The notes beneath the pieces are model-generated. The model had not been told where the DNA came from and ran no database searches. It saw only the letters and a list, made by a program, of their open reading frames with translations. A stretch of 64,000 nt of DNA from assembly GCA_037130265.1 (NCBI GenBank), contig JBAXTI010000002.1, positions 26,870 through 90,869 on the forward strand. The letters are read 5' to 3'. Positions 1-8,987 of this stretch are shown here, piece after piece (within the stretch, counting starts at the first letter, position 1; each line of letters opens with the position of its first letter). Both the position numbers and the translations under genes were made by a program. Source of the DNA: a bacterium (lineage in GTDB: Bacteria; Patescibacteriota; Minisyncoccia; Phycocordibacterales; JBBTRF01).

Positions 1-1
1 T

Positions 2-1684
2 GGACACCATCGTCTCTCGATCCTCGACATCGATCCGCGCTCGCATCAGCCGATGGCTTCGGCCGACGGAGCTTTGCGGATTGTTTTCAATGGCGAGATT
101 TACAATTTCAAGCAGGTGAAAGAACAGCTTTCCGGGAAATATCAATTCAAGACTACTTCAGATACGGAAGTGCTCCTGTGTGCCTATAAAGAATGGGGTG
201 TGAATATGACCGAGCAGATTCGCGGCATGTATGCTTTTGCGCTCTACGATACCGCACAGCAGAAGATCGTCCTCATGAGGGATCATGTGGGGATAAAGCC
301 GCTGTACTATTATGCGAAGGCCGGAGTGTTCGCCTTTGCTTCCGAAATGAAGGGTCTCACAGCACTTCTTTCAGCCAAAGGACTGTCTCTGAAGGTACTC
401 GCGGATTCCGTGGAGTTGTTCATTACCCTCGGGTATGTGCCGTCGCCGTACACTATCTACGAAGATGTCTTTCGAGTTGAGAGATCGTCCGTTGTAGAAT
501 ACGATCTCTCGGCAAGGGCAATTTCAAAAAAGGCGACATATCGCCAAAACGTTTCAGTAGTGAAAGGGGAAGAAGAATTTGCTCAATTACTAGAAACACA
601 AGTCCTCTCGCATCTTGTTTCTGACGTGCCGGTTGGGGTATTTTTTTCCGGCGGTACGGACTCCTCTCTCGTTGCCGCTATTTTGCAGAAGCATCGCATC
701 AGTTTGGAGACGTTTAGTATTGCCGTCGATCGAAAAGCTGAGGATCAGGCTTACTTCAAGCGTATTGGTGTGGCACTGCAACTGAAGACAAATGTGTTTT
801 CGTTTGGCGTCGACGAGTTTGATGCAGTGTACGAAGAGGTGATGTCGAAGATCGACGAGCCGACGCATGACAATTCTATTTTTCCGACCTATTTTGTCTC
901 GAAGAAGGCCGCCGAAAAAGTGAAGGTGGTGCTGTCTGGCGAAGGCGGTGATGAGTACTTTTTCGGTTATCACCGCGACACGGTATTGTCAAAGTTGTCT
1001 GCAAAGCAGGATTATAATATTACCTGGCTCGACCGCCTCTTTTTCCTGATGCCGAATGTGCGCTCGAAAAATGCACTCTTTGAGCGTTTTTTTATTCTTT
1101 TTGGCCAGCCGTTTAGTTTTTATCTGCTGCATATGTCGCCTTCGAAGGACCTCGCAAGTCTCGAGGGGTGGCGTCTCTGGAAGGGTTTGTTCAGGCAAAA
1201 TGCCACGACGCCACGTCTGCTCGATCAGGACTTTTATCTCGAAGGTGATCTGCTGAGAAAGACTGATTTTGCCACCTCGTATGTTTCGATAGAGGGTCGC
1301 GTACCACTCCTCGATGTAGATGTGGTGCGAAATAGTACACAATTTTCCGATCAGAGCCTTGTTGGAGGCGTTTCGAAAGCTTTTCTGAAAAAAATATTGA
1401 CACGATATTTGCCGAAGGAGCTGGTGTATCGCAACAAAAGCGGTTTCGGCATTGATCTCCGAGGCTTGTTCAAGAGCTCGCGCCTCTTGAAAAGAGAGTT
1501 GGTCGAGGCACAGCAATATCTGAGGGAACGCTTACTGTTGCGGCCGGAGCATGAGAACGCGGAGCGCTTGATGGCTCGTTATCCAAACCTGGCTTTCGCT
1601 CTCATCTCTTTATTCCGAGTGTTGAAGAATGTTGATTTCAGTGGTGGAGCCGATGACAGTCGTTCGTCTTCTGTATTTAAATAA
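2..1684 (+). CDS. asnB: asparagine synthase (glutamine-hydrolysing) family amidotransferase; 5' end lies outside the window
   Basis: The frame is open from position 2. The translation 'GHHRLSILDIDPRSHQPMASADGALRIVFNGEIYNF...SDTEVLL...' matches the AsnB glutaminase-domain core (RLSIIDLS..GHQPM...IVFNGEIYN). The downstream synthetase domain has the SGGTDSS PP-loop. The N-terminal Cys-containing start is missing at the window edge. Confidence 0.85.
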   Translation, partial: GHHRLSILDIDPRSHQPMASADGALRIVFNGEIYNFKQVKEQLSGKYQFKTTSDTEVLLCAYKEWGVNMTEQIRGMYAFALYDTAQQKIVLMRDHVGIKPLYYYAKAGVFAFASEMKGLTALLSAKGLSLKVLADSVELFITLGYVPSPYTIYEDVFRVERSSVVEYDLSARAISKKATYRQNVSVVKGEEEFAQLLETQVLSHLVSDVPVGVFFSGGTDSSLVAAILQKHRISLETFSIAVDRKAEDQAYFKRIGVALQLKTNVFSFGVDEFDAVYEEVMSKIDEPTHDNSIFPTYFVSKKAAEKVKVVLSGEGGDEYFFGYHRDTVLSKLSAKQDYNITWLDRLFFLMPNVRSKNALFERFFILFGQPFSFYLLHMSPSKDLASLEGWRLWKGLFRQNATTPRLLDQDFYLEGDLLRKTDFATSYVSIEGRVPLLDVDVVRNSTQFSDQSLVGGVSKAFLKKILTRYLPKELVYRNKSGFGIDLRGLFKSSRLLKRELVEAQQYLRERLLLRPEHENAERLMARYPNLAFALISLFRVLKNVDFSGGADDSRSSSVFK

Positions 1685-3875
1685 CATACGAATCAGCCTT
1701 CTTTTTGAAATGATGTCCTTGATTGTCGAAGTCCAAGTACAGTTCCTTTTTTTGAAAAGGGAATAGGCAGAGGAATAAAAAACGGGAGAACGGTTTCTTC
1801 GGATGTAATCTCAAAAAACGATTCAGTGTGAAAAATACAAGAAGTCTTTTTTCGAGAAAGAAGTTGTAGGGTGCAATAACCACTTGCTCCTTACGGTATT
1901 CTTCCATGTTCTCGCTCAATTGCCCCGCCCTCTTCCTAAAGGTGCTTACTTGTTTATTAAATGACCAAAGTGGTGCATGTTGGGAAAAAGCAAACCATAA
2001 AGCATAATCACCAGCAAGGCGATATTTTGAGATATCTGGACACGCCTTTTTCCAGAGTGATTTCTTCCAGAATACACTAGCCTGTTCCACAAAGTAAGCG
2101 CTTCGCCCGTAGGCTCCTTTCTGAAGCCAGTCACGTCGATATGTCAGACATGCCCCAGGAGAAATGACACTACCAACCTCATTGCTCGTTGAGTCGATTC
2201 CTTTAATCCACTCAACCTCTGGATCTGCAGAAAAAATGTTACAGACCGATGCAAAGGCGCCAGCAAGGTAGTTGTCGTCCGAATTAATGTAGGCGAATAT
2301 CTCGCCGGTTGCGCGGGCGAAGCCTTTTTCTATCGCATCGTACATCCCGCCATCTTTTTCGGAATACCACTTGAGCGTGACTTTTTTACAGCGTCCTGGA
2401 TACTCGCCTTTACACAACAGTTGCTCATAGGATTTCACAATGGCAATCGTTTCGTCGGTAGATCCACCATCTTGGATGATGTATTCAATTTCGAAATTGC
2501 CTTCTTGCGAAAGAACGCTATCCATTGTTTCTTTGATATATTTTTCGCCGTTGTAAACCGGGGTAATGATACTAAATTTTAATTCTTCCCCTGGTGTCAC
2601 TTTGCAAACGAACACTGCTTCGGTTCGGTAAAGATGCCTCTCTACTAGGGTGAAGCCAGCTCGAGTGAGTATCGATTCAACGGAAGATCGAACAGGGGAT
2701 CCTTTCGCGGAGTGTAGATGGAAAATAAGAGTGCTGTTGGTCACTGATCGTAACGTTAAAATGAGCTTCGTAGCGTCACGAAGTTCAGTAGGAGTGGTCG
2801 AACAGAACACAACATCTGCCGTTTTTTTATGCTGTTCAGATGATATGTCGATAACAGAAGTTGAAGTCGCTTCGAGTCTTCGTGCAAGGAGTGAATTTGA
2901 ATCATCAGACTTCCTTTTGTCAGTAAAGATCTCGGCAAACGATTTTCCTGGAACGTATCGTTGTATAAGAGCCTTTGCGTCTGGATGTTTCGGTCTCGTC
3001 ATGTTCCAGTTCATGGTCCAAAATATTTTGCGTACCATTTTGAAGATGAGACTTGAAAATGCTGGCGGGAGGCTACTGTACGTATACGAGGCTGCAAGTA
3101 GGTCCTTCATCGGTTCCCACTTGTCGCGTCTTTCGACAATGACCGTCCAGTTTTTTTTGAGAATAGGTAGAAGGCTTTCGTTGTTATCTCTCGCGTATCG
3201 ATGTACAAAAAGTTTCTGTCGCGGATTTTCATAGGGAAGACAGTCGATCAAAAACATAAACGAGGAATCTATGACGTGTATTTCTTCGGCATTCTCGATT
3301 ACGGTGCAATAGTCAAAAATGTTTTCCGTCAGGTTTTTATTTGGCTCGAACACTGCGCAATGTTTGCTTATCAACTCGCGCTTAATGAGATATTTTCTTT
3401 CCGGGTCTTCATGTAGAAAAGCGTAAGCCTCTTTGTGCGGGACTTTTTCAAAAAGGCCCCGCTCTCTTTCAAGATCCCTTTCAACAAAAAAGCTCTCCCA
3501 TTTTTTTAAGAGGGGGAGTCCGGCTATTTCGTAGAGCTGTTTTTCGAACTGGATACTATGTTTGCTCCAGATGAGATAGCTATGGCCAATGATCTTAATG
3601 ACATCAAATTCCATTTCTTCCTTTTGGGGATTGTCGAGAAAAACTGTATTCTCGTTGAGTTTCAAGGGTGTTTTGTCTATCTCGAAAACACGTAGATTTG
3701 TTAAGTCACGGTACATAAAGCGCACTGAAGGGTAGTTGTGTTTTTTGGCAAAAATGGTGACGTGTTCGTACTGCTTGCAATACTCCCTCACCATTCCATG
3801 GCATATGATCTGGTCACCCATTCCAAATGGGTAGTAGAGTAATACCTTGAGTGCTTTGTTGTTAGGGACATTCAT
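1677..3875 (-). CDS. multidomain glycosyltransferase: N-terminal GT9-like (heptosyltransferase-like) module, central unknown domain, C-terminal GT2 domain
   Basis: The N-terminal ~240 aa are paralogous to the adjacent 236-aa ORF and share the identical stretch EIHVIDSSFMFLIDCLPY. The GDxI motif near the N-terminus and the 'IDSSFMFL' motif resemble the GT9 'GNDSGPMHLAAA' region. The C-terminal ~300 aa read 'ITPVYNGEKYIKETMDSVLSQ...DGGSTDET...SDDNY', which is a GT2 signature, and are paralogous to the ORF at 20136-21077. The start could be the GTG at 3935; the ATG at 3875 aligns better with the paralog and avoids overlap with the upstream gene. Confidence 0.65.
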   Translation of the reverse strand: MNVPNNKALKVLLYYPFGMGDQIICHGMVREYCKQYEHVTIFAKKHNYPSVRFMYRDLTNLRVFEIDKTPLKLNENTVFLDNPQKEEMEFDVIKIIGHSYLIWSKHSIQFEKQLYEIAGLPLLKKWESFFVERDLERERGLFEKVPHKEAYAFLHEDPERKYLIKRELISKHCAVFEPNKNLTENIFDYCTVIENAEEIHVIDSSFMFLIDCLPYENPRQKLFVHRYARDNNESLLPILKKNWTVIVERRDKWEPMKDLLAASYTYSSLPPAFSSLIFKMVRKIFWTMNWNMTRPKHPDAKALIQRYVPGKSFAEIFTDKRKSDDSNSLLARRLEATSTSVIDISSEQHKKTADVVFCSTTPTELRDATKLILTLRSVTNSTLIFHLHSAKGSPVRSSVESILTRAGFTLVERHLYRTEAVFVCKVTPGEELKFSIITPVYNGEKYIKETMDSVLSQEGNFEIEYIIQDGGSTDETIAIVKSYEQLLCKGEYPGRCKKVTLKWYSEKDGGMYDAIEKGFARATGEIFAYINSDDNYLAGAFASVCNIFSADPEVEWIKGIDSTSNEVGSVISPGACLTYRRDWLQKGAYGRSAYFVEQASVFWKKSLWKKACPDISKYRLAGDYALWFAFSQHAPLWSFNKQVSTFRKRAGQLSENMEEYRKEQVVIAPYNFFLEKRLLVFFTLNRFLRLHPKKPFSRFLFLCLFPFQKKELYLDFDNQGHHFKKKADSYVI

Positions 3876-3886
3876 GGGGATCGTTT

Positions 3887-4597
3887 TTATTCGGTAATAA
3901 TAGTCCAACTCTTTTTCAGTATCGGGAGCTGCCACTCTGGGTTCTGTCGAGAATATCGATGTACAAAACGTTTCTGTTCAGGGTTCTTGTAAGGCAGGCA
4001 GTCAATAAGGAACATAAAAGAAGAGTCGATAACATGAATTTCCTTCGCTTTCTCTATGGTCCTACAATAGTCAAAAATATTGTCAGTGAGCTGTTTGTTG
4101 GGCGTAATAACGTAGTAATCTTTGCCGACATAGGTTCTTTTTATAACAAAGTTTCTACTTGGATCTTCGTGTAAGAATACGAAGTCCCCGATCGGTGCAA
4201 TCTGTCTAATGAGCGAATGTTCTCGATCAAGATCTCTTTTTACCAAAAAGCTCTCCCATTTTTTCTCCAACGGAACTTCGGCGATTGCATAGAATTGCTG
4301 TTCAATCTGAATTCCAGATGTTGCGTCCAGATTATCGAAACCAACAGTAAGAACTTTGTTGTATTTCAAATTCCCAAAACAGTTATTGAGAAAGATACGT
4401 ACTCGAGCCTGCGCATCGTCCCCCTTGATGACGGTAAGGTTTTGTAGGTCACGATACATGAAGGCTACCGAAGAATAGTTGTGGGCTTTTGCAAAGATAG
4501 TCACTCGATCATACCTTTTACAATACTCTCGGACGATGCCGTGGCACATGATGTGATCACCTAGCCCGAGGTGATGATAGATGAGAATACTAGACAT
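3887..4597 (-). CDS. GT9-like (heptosyltransferase-like) single-module protein, paralog of the N-terminal domain of the 1677-3875 gene
   Basis: The 236-aa ORF is by eye about half identical to the N-terminal domain of the neighbouring gene (LGLGDHIMCHGIVREYCKRY..., EIHVIDSSFMFLIDCLPYKNPEQKRFVHRY). It has an ATG start and the same orientation, indicating tandem duplication. Confidence 0.55.
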   Translation of the reverse strand: MSSILIYHHLGLGDHIMCHGIVREYCKRYDRVTIFAKAHNYSSVAFMYRDLQNLTVIKGDDAQARVRIFLNNCFGNLKYNKVLTVGFDNLDATSGIQIEQQFYAIAEVPLEKKWESFLVKRDLDREHSLIRQIAPIGDFVFLHEDPSRNFVIKRTYVGKDYYVITPNKQLTDNIFDYCRTIEKAKEIHVIDSSFMFLIDCLPYKNPEQKRFVHRYSRQNPEWQLPILKKSWTIITE

Positions 4598-4754
4598 AAT
4601 TCTTTTTTATTGTCTTAATTTATCTGCCATAGAAATGCACCATCTTCTGATGGGAGAAGTATAGCATTTCTTATATTTTATGCTAAAATGCCCGTATGAA
4701 CGAGGCTATTTGGGGGAATGGCGCTTGGCGTCGGAACTAAATTAACCGCATACT

Positions 4755-5495
4755 ATGAAGAAGATTCTCATTATAGGGGAAAGTTGTCGAGATATCTTTG
4801 TGTATTGCAAGGCGAATAGGTTGTGCCCCGATATTCCTGTTCCGGCACTCAGTATTGTGAGTCAAACAGAAAACCCGGGTATGGCAAAAAATGTCGAACG
4901 CAACATTCGGAGTATTTTTGAAAATTGCGACATTGTAACCAATGATGGTTGGGAGAAAGTGACAAAAACAAGATACATGCATCTCGATAGTAATCATATG
5001 TTCATTCGCGTCGACACCGACCACACTATTCCACGCATCGATGTTAAAAAAGTTCCTCTTGGATATGACATCGTCGGTATCTCTGATTACAACAAGGGCT
5101 TCCTCACTGACAAAGATATCCAATATCTTTGCGAACATCATCGTAATGTGTTTATTGATACAAAAAAAATACTGGGTGAGTGGGCAAACAAAGTGAAGTT
5201 CATCAAGATTAATAACTTCGAGTATGAACGCTCCAAGCACTCGATTCCGCCGAAACTCAAAAATAAGATTATCTATACAAAAGGAGAGGCGGGTGCGCAT
5301 TACAAGGGTAAGATGTACCCAGTAAGGCATAAAGTCGAAGTGAAGGATGTTTCCGGTGCGGGCGACAGTTTTTTCGCGGCACTTATCGTAAGGTATGCCG
5401 AGACGGAGGATATTGAAGAAGCTATCCATTTCGCGAATGAGTGCGCATCTAAGGTGGTGCAGCAAAAAGGGGTCTCGGTGATAAAAAGACCCTAG
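4755..5495 (+). CDS. PfkB-family sugar kinase (ribokinase/HldE-kinase-domain-like)
   Basis: The C-terminal 'DVSGAGDSFFAALIV' is the PfkB GAGD anion-hole motif. The N-terminus 'KILIIGESCRD' resembles the RfaE/HldE kinase-domain start. At 246 aa it is short for the family. Confidence 0.7.
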   Translation: MKKILIIGESCRDIFVYCKANRLCPDIPVPALSIVSQTENPGMAKNVERNIRSIFENCDIVTNDGWEKVTKTRYMHLDSNHMFIRVDTDHTIPRIDVKKVPLGYDIVGISDYNKGFLTDKDIQYLCEHHRNVFIDTKKILGEWANKVKFIKINNFEYERSKHSIPPKLKNKIIYTKGEAGAHYKGKMYPVRHKVEVKDVSGAGDSFFAALIVRYAETEDIEEAIHFANECASKVVQQKGVSVIKRP

Positions 5496-5608
5496 GTTCT
5501 TTCCTTAAATTTTGCTGCTGAATGAGGCTAGACACGGTGCTGTCCTTAGGATATTATTGCTCGGTAATTAGTGAATATAGCATATCTATTTTTTTACCTC
5601 GTTTTCTC

Positions 5609-6673
5609 ATGAAAGATCCGAAAAAGCCGATGAAAGCAGCTATTCTCGAGAAGATCGACGAACCTTTGGCGATTAGAGAGGTAGAGTTAACGGACCTTGT
5701 TTCTGGCCAGGTATTGGTTCGGGTGTTGGTGAGTGGTATTTGCGGAGCACAGCTTCAGGAGATTGCGGGCAATAAAGGCAATGCAAAATTCGTCCCTCAT
5801 CTCCTGGGTCACGAAGGCTGCGGCATTGTTGAGGCACACGCTCCCGATGTTACTACCGTGAAGGTTGGCGACAAGGTGGTCATGCATTGGATGAAAGGTG
5901 ATGGCATTGAGGCTGATTTTCCGGTCTATATTTTGAATGGTAAAAAAATCCGCAGTGGCAAGGTGACGACCTTTAGCGAATACTCAGTCGTCTCCGAGAA
6001 TCGCGTCACTGCCGTGCCACACGAGACGCCAAATGATCTCTGTGCGTTGCTTGGCTGCGGATTGTCGACGGCACTTGGAGTGATGGAGAATGAGGCACAG
6101 GTGAAGGTAGGTGAGAGTGTGATGATCGTGGGCGCCGGCGGCTTAGGACTCAATCTTTTGAACGCGGCGATAATCGCCGGCGCCAAGCCAATCATCCTCG
6201 TCGATGTACACGAAAGCAAACGCAAGATGGCGGAGGCTCTCGGCGCGCACCTTTTCATTAATTCAAAAGAAAAAGGTATCAAGGAAGAATTGATTGAAAA
6301 ACTGAATCTGAAAGATCTCGACGTCATTGTTGACACTTCTGGCAACAAGCACGCTGTGGAAGGAACCCTGCCATTGCTCGGCGGTAACGGCCGCTACATT
6401 TTTGTCGGCCAGCCGAAACCGGGTGAGACAATTGAGCTCAAGAACGCGCACCACATGTTTGACGGCAAGGGTAAGATGATTAAGGCCACTCAGGGCGGCA
6501 AATTCAATCCGACCAAGGACATCCCGCGTTATTTGCAAATGCATAAGACCGGCGCGCTTAAGATCCATCACATTATTAGCCACCGCATCGAGCTCGACAA
6601 GATTAACGAGGCGATTGACATGGTGCGCAACGGCCAGGCTGGCCGCATTATCATTGATATTTGCCCAGAATAA
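5609..6673 (+). CDS. zinc-dependent medium-chain alcohol/sugar dehydrogenase (MDR family)
   Basis: 'GICGAQLQEI', 'GHEGCGIVE' and 'GDKVV' are catalytic-Zn ligand region motifs. The Rossmann motif 'VMIVGAGGLGL' is present. The start is ambiguous among in-frame ATGs at 5522, 5609 and 5630 (MKAAIL). Confidence 0.8.
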   Translation: MKDPKKPMKAAILEKIDEPLAIREVELTDLVSGQVLVRVLVSGICGAQLQEIAGNKGNAKFVPHLLGHEGCGIVEAHAPDVTTVKVGDKVVMHWMKGDGIEADFPVYILNGKKIRSGKVTTFSEYSVVSENRVTAVPHETPNDLCALLGCGLSTALGVMENEAQVKVGESVMIVGAGGLGLNLLNAAIIAGAKPIILVDVHESKRKMAEALGAHLFINSKEKGIKEELIEKLNLKDLDVIVDTSGNKHAVEGTLPLLGGNGRYIFVGQPKPGETIELKNAHHMFDGKGKMIKATQGGKFNPTKDIPRYLQMHKTGALKIHHIISHRIELDKINEAIDMVRNGQAGRIIIDICPE

Positions 6674-6697
6674 AACGTTCTCCCGAGAACTCACCAC

Positions 6698-7690
6698 ATG
6701 ACTATCGTTGCTAAAACGAACAGTTCTAAAGCCTCTTCGCTTCTTGAGGCGTACAAAAAGATGCAGCTGATCCGCATCACAGAACAGGAGATCGCCAATT
6801 TTTATTTGGCAAACAAAGTGATGAGCTTCGTACACTTTTATGTCGGCCAAGAGGCGGTTGCGGTGGGTGTTTGTGCGGCGCTCGCAGCCGGCGACAAGGT
6901 CCTCGGCAACCATCGCTCGCACGGCCATTATTTAGCGAAGGGTGGCGACCTAAAGCGCATGGTCTGCGAGTTGCTTGGCAAATCGCACGGCTCTTCAAAA
7001 GGGAAGGGTGGCTCGATGCACATGATCGACAAGTCGGTGAATTTTGTCGGCTCGACCCCGATCCTCGGCAGCGTCGTGCCGCTCGCTTGCGGCGTCGCTT
7101 TCGAGCAGAAATATAATAAAAAGAATGATATTACTGTTTCGTTTGTCGGCGACGGCGCTTCCGAAGAGGGTGTGGTGTACGAGACAATCAACCTCGCGGC
7201 GTTGTTCAAGCTTCCGTACCTTATCGTCGTCGAGAACAATCTCTACTCGGTGAATTCAAAGATCAAAGACCGCCGGTCCGAAGGCTACAGCGTCGAAAAG
7301 ATCGTCACCGGTCTCGGTGCCCGTTACCTGAAAGCCGACGGTAACGACCTCGAAGACGTGCTCGCGATGGCGACCGAAGCAGTGAAGGTCATTCGCGCGG
7401 GTGGTGGACCAATAGTGCTCGAATGTATCACCTATCGTCACATGGCCCACAGTGCGCCGCTTTTTGACGACGCCCAAGGCTATCGCGAAGAAGATCCGAT
7501 TGAGAAGCGCTTGGAGCGCGACCCTATCAAGCGGTTGAAGCAGACCCTTTTAGCCGCCGACGTTTCGGAAGAGCAGTTCGCACAGATCGAAAAAGAGACT
7601 TTCGACACTATACTCGCCGCGATTGCTTTCGCGAAGGACGCACCATTTCCAGCGAAGGAGACTTTATATACTGACGTCTACGCGAAATAA
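6698..7690 (+). CDS. ThDP-dependent dehydrogenase E1 component alpha subunit (PDH/acetoin-DH E1-alpha-like)
   Basis: 'YVGQEAVAVG', 'HRSHGHYLAKGGD', 'GKGGSMHM', 'GDGASEEG' and 'YRHMAHS' fit the E1-alpha ThDP-binding fold. Confidence 0.8.
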   Translation: MTIVAKTNSSKASSLLEAYKKMQLIRITEQEIANFYLANKVMSFVHFYVGQEAVAVGVCAALAAGDKVLGNHRSHGHYLAKGGDLKRMVCELLGKSHGSSKGKGGSMHMIDKSVNFVGSTPILGSVVPLACGVAFEQKYNKKNDITVSFVGDGASEEGVVYETINLAALFKLPYLIVVENNLYSVNSKIKDRRSEGYSVEKIVTGLGARYLKADGNDLEDVLAMATEAVKVIRAGGGPIVLECITYRHMAHSAPLFDDAQGYREEDPIEKRLERDPIKRLKQTLLAADVSEEQFAQIEKETFDTILAAIAFAKDAPFPAKETLYTDVYAK

Positions 7691-7716
7691 AATCAGAATC
7701 ACGTTTCAATAAAAAC

Positions 7717-8790
7717 ATGCCCGAACGAATAATTAAATGTAACGAAGCGATTAAAGAAGCCACCGATCAAATGATGGCTGTTGACCCGAGTGTGTTCGTG
7801 ATCGGCCTCGGTGTTTCGTACAAGAATGGTGCGGACGGCACCACAGCAGGATTGAAAGCAAAATATCCGGAGCGAATCTTCGACGTCCCCGTCTCTGAAG
7901 CTGGCTTCACTGGCATGGCGGTGGGTGCGGCGATCAGTGGTTTGCGACCGATCGTTCATCATGGCCGTATCGAATTTGCCTTGCTCGCTTCTGATTTTAT
8001 TTTTACCCAAGCCGCAAAATGGAACTATATGTTTGGCGGCGACAATCCGGTGCCCGTGGTCTTCCGTATCGCCATCGGTCGTGCATGGGGCAATGGTCCG
8101 CAACACACACTCTCGACGTATTCGATGTTCGGCAATGTTCCAGGTTTGAAGGTGGTGATTCCGTCGACGCCGTACATGGCGAAAGGCTTGCTTGTCTCCG
8201 CTCTCCGCGACCGAAACCCTGTCGTATTCCTCGAGCCTCGCTATTCATATGCTATGAAGCAACACGTGCCCGAAGAGATCTACTCCGAACCGCTTGATAA
8301 GGCAAAGGTGTTTCGAACAGGGAAGAGTGTGACTGTTGTCGCGTACGGCGACGGATTTATTGGCGCGTTGCAGGCCTGTGAATTGCTCAATGCGGTAAAT
8401 GGCAATGGTACCGCCACCGCAGACCTTGCCGACATCGATCTGATCGACCTCGTGAGTATTAATCCCGTCGACCACGAGACTATCGCTCGCTCGGTGCAGA
8501 AGACCGGACACTTGTTGTGTATCGACACAACGATTGACTCGTTCAGCGTCGGTTCGGAAATAATCGCTAAGGTTGCGCAAAATACTGCGGTGCATTTGAA
8601 AAAGCCACCAGTTGCACTTGCCTGTCCGAATGTCGCGTGTCCAACCTCGACCGCACTCACCGAATCTTACTATCCGACCAAGGTGGATATCGCGAACGCC
8701 ATCCTCGCTCTGCAAGGGAAGCCGGCAATCACGCATCCGCTCACTTTTGATGATTTGCATACTCACGCGGCGTTTGTGATCCAGGGGTAA
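7717..8790 (+). CDS. ThDP-dependent dehydrogenase E1 component beta subunit (transketolase-like pyrimidine-binding plus C-terminal domain)
   Basis: 'DPSVFVIGLGVS', 'RIFDVPVSEAGFTGMAVGAAISGLRP', 'VVIPSTPYMAKGLL' and 'NPVVFLEP' fit E1-beta. The gene lies 27 nt downstream of the alpha gene, suggesting an operon. Confidence 0.8.
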   Translation: MPERIIKCNEAIKEATDQMMAVDPSVFVIGLGVSYKNGADGTTAGLKAKYPERIFDVPVSEAGFTGMAVGAAISGLRPIVHHGRIEFALLASDFIFTQAAKWNYMFGGDNPVPVVFRIAIGRAWGNGPQHTLSTYSMFGNVPGLKVVIPSTPYMAKGLLVSALRDRNPVVFLEPRYSYAMKQHVPEEIYSEPLDKAKVFRTGKSVTVVAYGDGFIGALQACELLNAVNGNGTATADLADIDLIDLVSINPVDHETIARSVQKTGHLLCIDTTIDSFSVGSEIIAKVAQNTAVHLKKPPVALACPNVACPTSTALTESYYPTKVDIANAILALQGKPAITHPLTFDDLHTHAAFVIQG

Positions 8791-8987
8791 AAAGGAGCTA
8801 GATCGTTCAGAAAAGCCCTAAAATTGGCCACAAAACTTCTATTGACAGTAGTATTGAAACATGCTACAACTCAACCTAGTCAGGAAATGCCCTGTTGGCA
8901 GGTCTTGAATTTTAAAAACGGCAAAAGCCGTAAAAAGCAACAAACCAGGCCCCAAAAAGGCCGCAAACCTCTTGAAAGGAGGCCGCA

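Noticed and set aside
4696-4740. 14-codon mini-ORF (MNEAIWGNGAWRRN) starting just after the TGCTAAAAT element upstream of the PfkB gene, possibly a leader peptide
   Set aside because: It is too short and unsupported by any conservation evidence available here. It is mentioned only as a possibility.
4737-5465. 242-aa minus-strand ORF fully overlapping the PfkB kinase gene
   Set aside because: This is an antisense shadow ORF. The plus-strand reading carries the unmistakable GAGD PfkB motif and the minus reading has no recognisable features. The same reasoning applies to 33015-33932 antisense to gpmI, to 23361-24671 and 24316-25236 antisense to the ligase and murB, and to the many 60-250-aa minus-strand ORFs inside the giant gene.
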